Notes under the pieces: model-generated
What the model was told of the DNA's origin: nothing
Database searches by the model: none
Seen by the model: the letters and a program-made list of their open reading frames with translations, nothing else
Shown: piece after piece, positions 62,744 through 64,000 of the stretch
How the letters are laid out: each line of letters opens with the position of its first letter
Position numbering within the stretch: position 1 is the first letter of the stretch
NCBI GenBank assembly: GCA_030833315.1
Contig: JAURHM010000006.1
Coordinates: 6,277 to 70,276, forward strand
DNA: 64,000 nt
From: Burkholderiales bacterium
GTDB lineage: Bacteria > Pseudomonadota > Gammaproteobacteria > Burkholderiales > SG8-41
Direction: 5' to 3'
Position numbers and translations under genes: made by a program

Positions 62744-64000
62744 CTAGATATAAGGTGTGACCAGGCACTTCTTGTGGTCGATGTGGTATTGGAATTCGTC
62801 GCGGTAGTGTTTCAGGAACGCCCGCACCGGCATTGCCGCGGCGTCACCCAGCGCACAGATCGTGCGGCCCTGGATGTTCTGCGCCACGTTGTCGAGCATG
62901 TCGAGATCTTCGGGCCGGCCCTTGCCGTGCTCGATGCGATCGACCATGCGGTACAGCCAGCCGGTGCCTTCGCGGCACGGCGTGCACTGCCCGCAGGACT
63001 CTTCATAGTAGAAATACGAGAGGCGCAGCAGCGACTTCACCATGCAGCGCGTCTCGTCCATCACGATCACCGCGCCGGAGCCCAGCATCGAACCCGCCTT
63101 GGCGATGGAGTCATAGTCCATGTCGGTGGCCATCATGATGTCGGCCGGCAGCACCGGCATCGACGAGCCGCCGGGAATGACCGCCTTCAGTTTCTTGCCG
63201 TCGCGCATGCCGCCCGCCATCTCCAGCAGCTTTGCGAACGGCGTACCAAGCTTGATTTCGTAGTTGCCGGGACGCGCAACGTCGCCCGAGATCGAAAAGA
63301 TCTTGGTGCCACCGTTGTTCGGCTTGCCCAGCGCTAGGAAGGCATCGCCACCATTGTTGATGATCCACGGCACCGCGGCAAAGGTCTCGGTGTTGTTGAT
63401 CGTCGTCGGCTTGCCGTACAGGCCGAAGCTCGCCGGGAACGGCGGCTTGAAGCGCGGCTGCCCCTTCTTGCCTTCGAGCGATTCCAGTAGCGCGGTTTCT
63501 TCGCCGCAGATATAGGCGCCGAAGCCGTGGTGAGCGTGGAGCTGGAACGAGAAATCGGTGCCGAGGATCTTGTCTCCGAGGTAACCCGCAGCGCGCGCCT
63601 CTTCCAGCGCTTCTTCAAAACGCTCGTAAACGTCCCAGATCTCGCCGTGGATGTAGTTATAGCCCACGGTGATGCCCATCGCGTAACCGCCGATGATCAT
63701 GCCTTCGATCAGGATGTGCGGGTTGTAGCGCAGGATGTCGCGGTCCTTGAATGTACCCGGCTCGCCTTCGTCCGAATTGCACACCAGGTATTTCTGCCCC
63801 GGAAACTGCCGCGGCATGAAGCTCCACTTCAGGCCCGTCGGGAAACCGGCGCCGCCGCGGCCGCGCAGCGAGGACTTCTTCAGCTCGTTGACGACCTGCT
63901 CGGGCGGAATGTTTTCAGCAATGATCTTTTTCAGCGCTGAATAGCCGCCGCGCGCCTCGTAATCCTTGAGACGCCAGTTCGTGCCGTTGATGCCCTTCAT
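62744..64000 (-). CDS. nuoF: NADH-quinone oxidoreductase subunit F (5' end outside window)
   Basis: [32 protein letters not shown]. Confidence 0.96.
   Translation of the reverse strand: MKGINGTNWRLKDYEARGGYSALKKIIAENIPPEQVVNELKKSSLRGRGGAGFPTGLKWSFMPRQFPGQKYLVCNSDEGEPGTFKDRDILRYNPHILIEGMIIGGYAMGITVGYNYIHGEIWDVYERFEEALEEARAAGYLGDKILGTDFSFQLHAHHGFGAYICGEETALLESLEGKKGQPRFKPPFPASFGLYGKPTTINNTETFAAVPWIINNGGDAFLALGKPNNGGTKIFSISGDVARPGNYEIKLGTPFAKLLEMAGGMRDGKKLKAVIPGGSSMPVLPADIMMATDMDYDSIAKAGSMLGSGAVIVMDETRCMVKSLLRLSYFYYEESCGQCTPCREGTGWLYRMVDRIEHGKGRPEDLDMLDNVAQNIQGRTICALGDAAAMPVRAFLKHYRDEFQYHIDHKKCLVTPYI

Noticed and set aside
60764-63337. Long antisense ORFs (857 aa here; also 52912..54546, 59325..61049, 17224..18714, 25068..26420)
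   Set aside because: Shadows of strongly GC3-biased real genes on the opposite strand; no recognisable motifs

Overview
High-GC (about 60-65% by eye) betaproteobacterial chromosomal DNA, probably Burkholderiales-like, judged from the nuo-DUF2818-NUDIX gene order and the many Bug genes. The right end (52-64 kb) is the housekeeping nuoF-N operon plus DUF2818 and NUDIX. The rest is a catabolic/accessory patchwork: eight orphan Bug/TctC solute-binding proteins, two molybdenum-hydroxylase pairs, and an ~18 kb GntR-associated cluster (two degenerate M24 hydrolases, E1a/E1b/E2, aldolase, C-C hydrolase, cyclodeaminase). It also holds a lower-GC island (VOC, flavin monooxygenase, IclR, formamidase-like hydrolase) followed by a divergent LeuCD-like pair, a metzincin/zeta-like kinase/DUF993 operon, a hairpin-flanked cytochrome c5 fusion, a catalytically degenerate AroQ homolog and two pseudogene remnants. 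No tRNA, rRNA, CRISPR array, integrase or transposase was seen. The most unusual signal is a dispersed 18-28 bp AT-rich motif (YAASTWWTTGTTTTTATT). It recurs at least 8 times in both orientations, including inside nuoG and nuoM against the local codon bias, and two copies are identical over 28 bp. All product calls come from motif recognition by eye, not from database searches.
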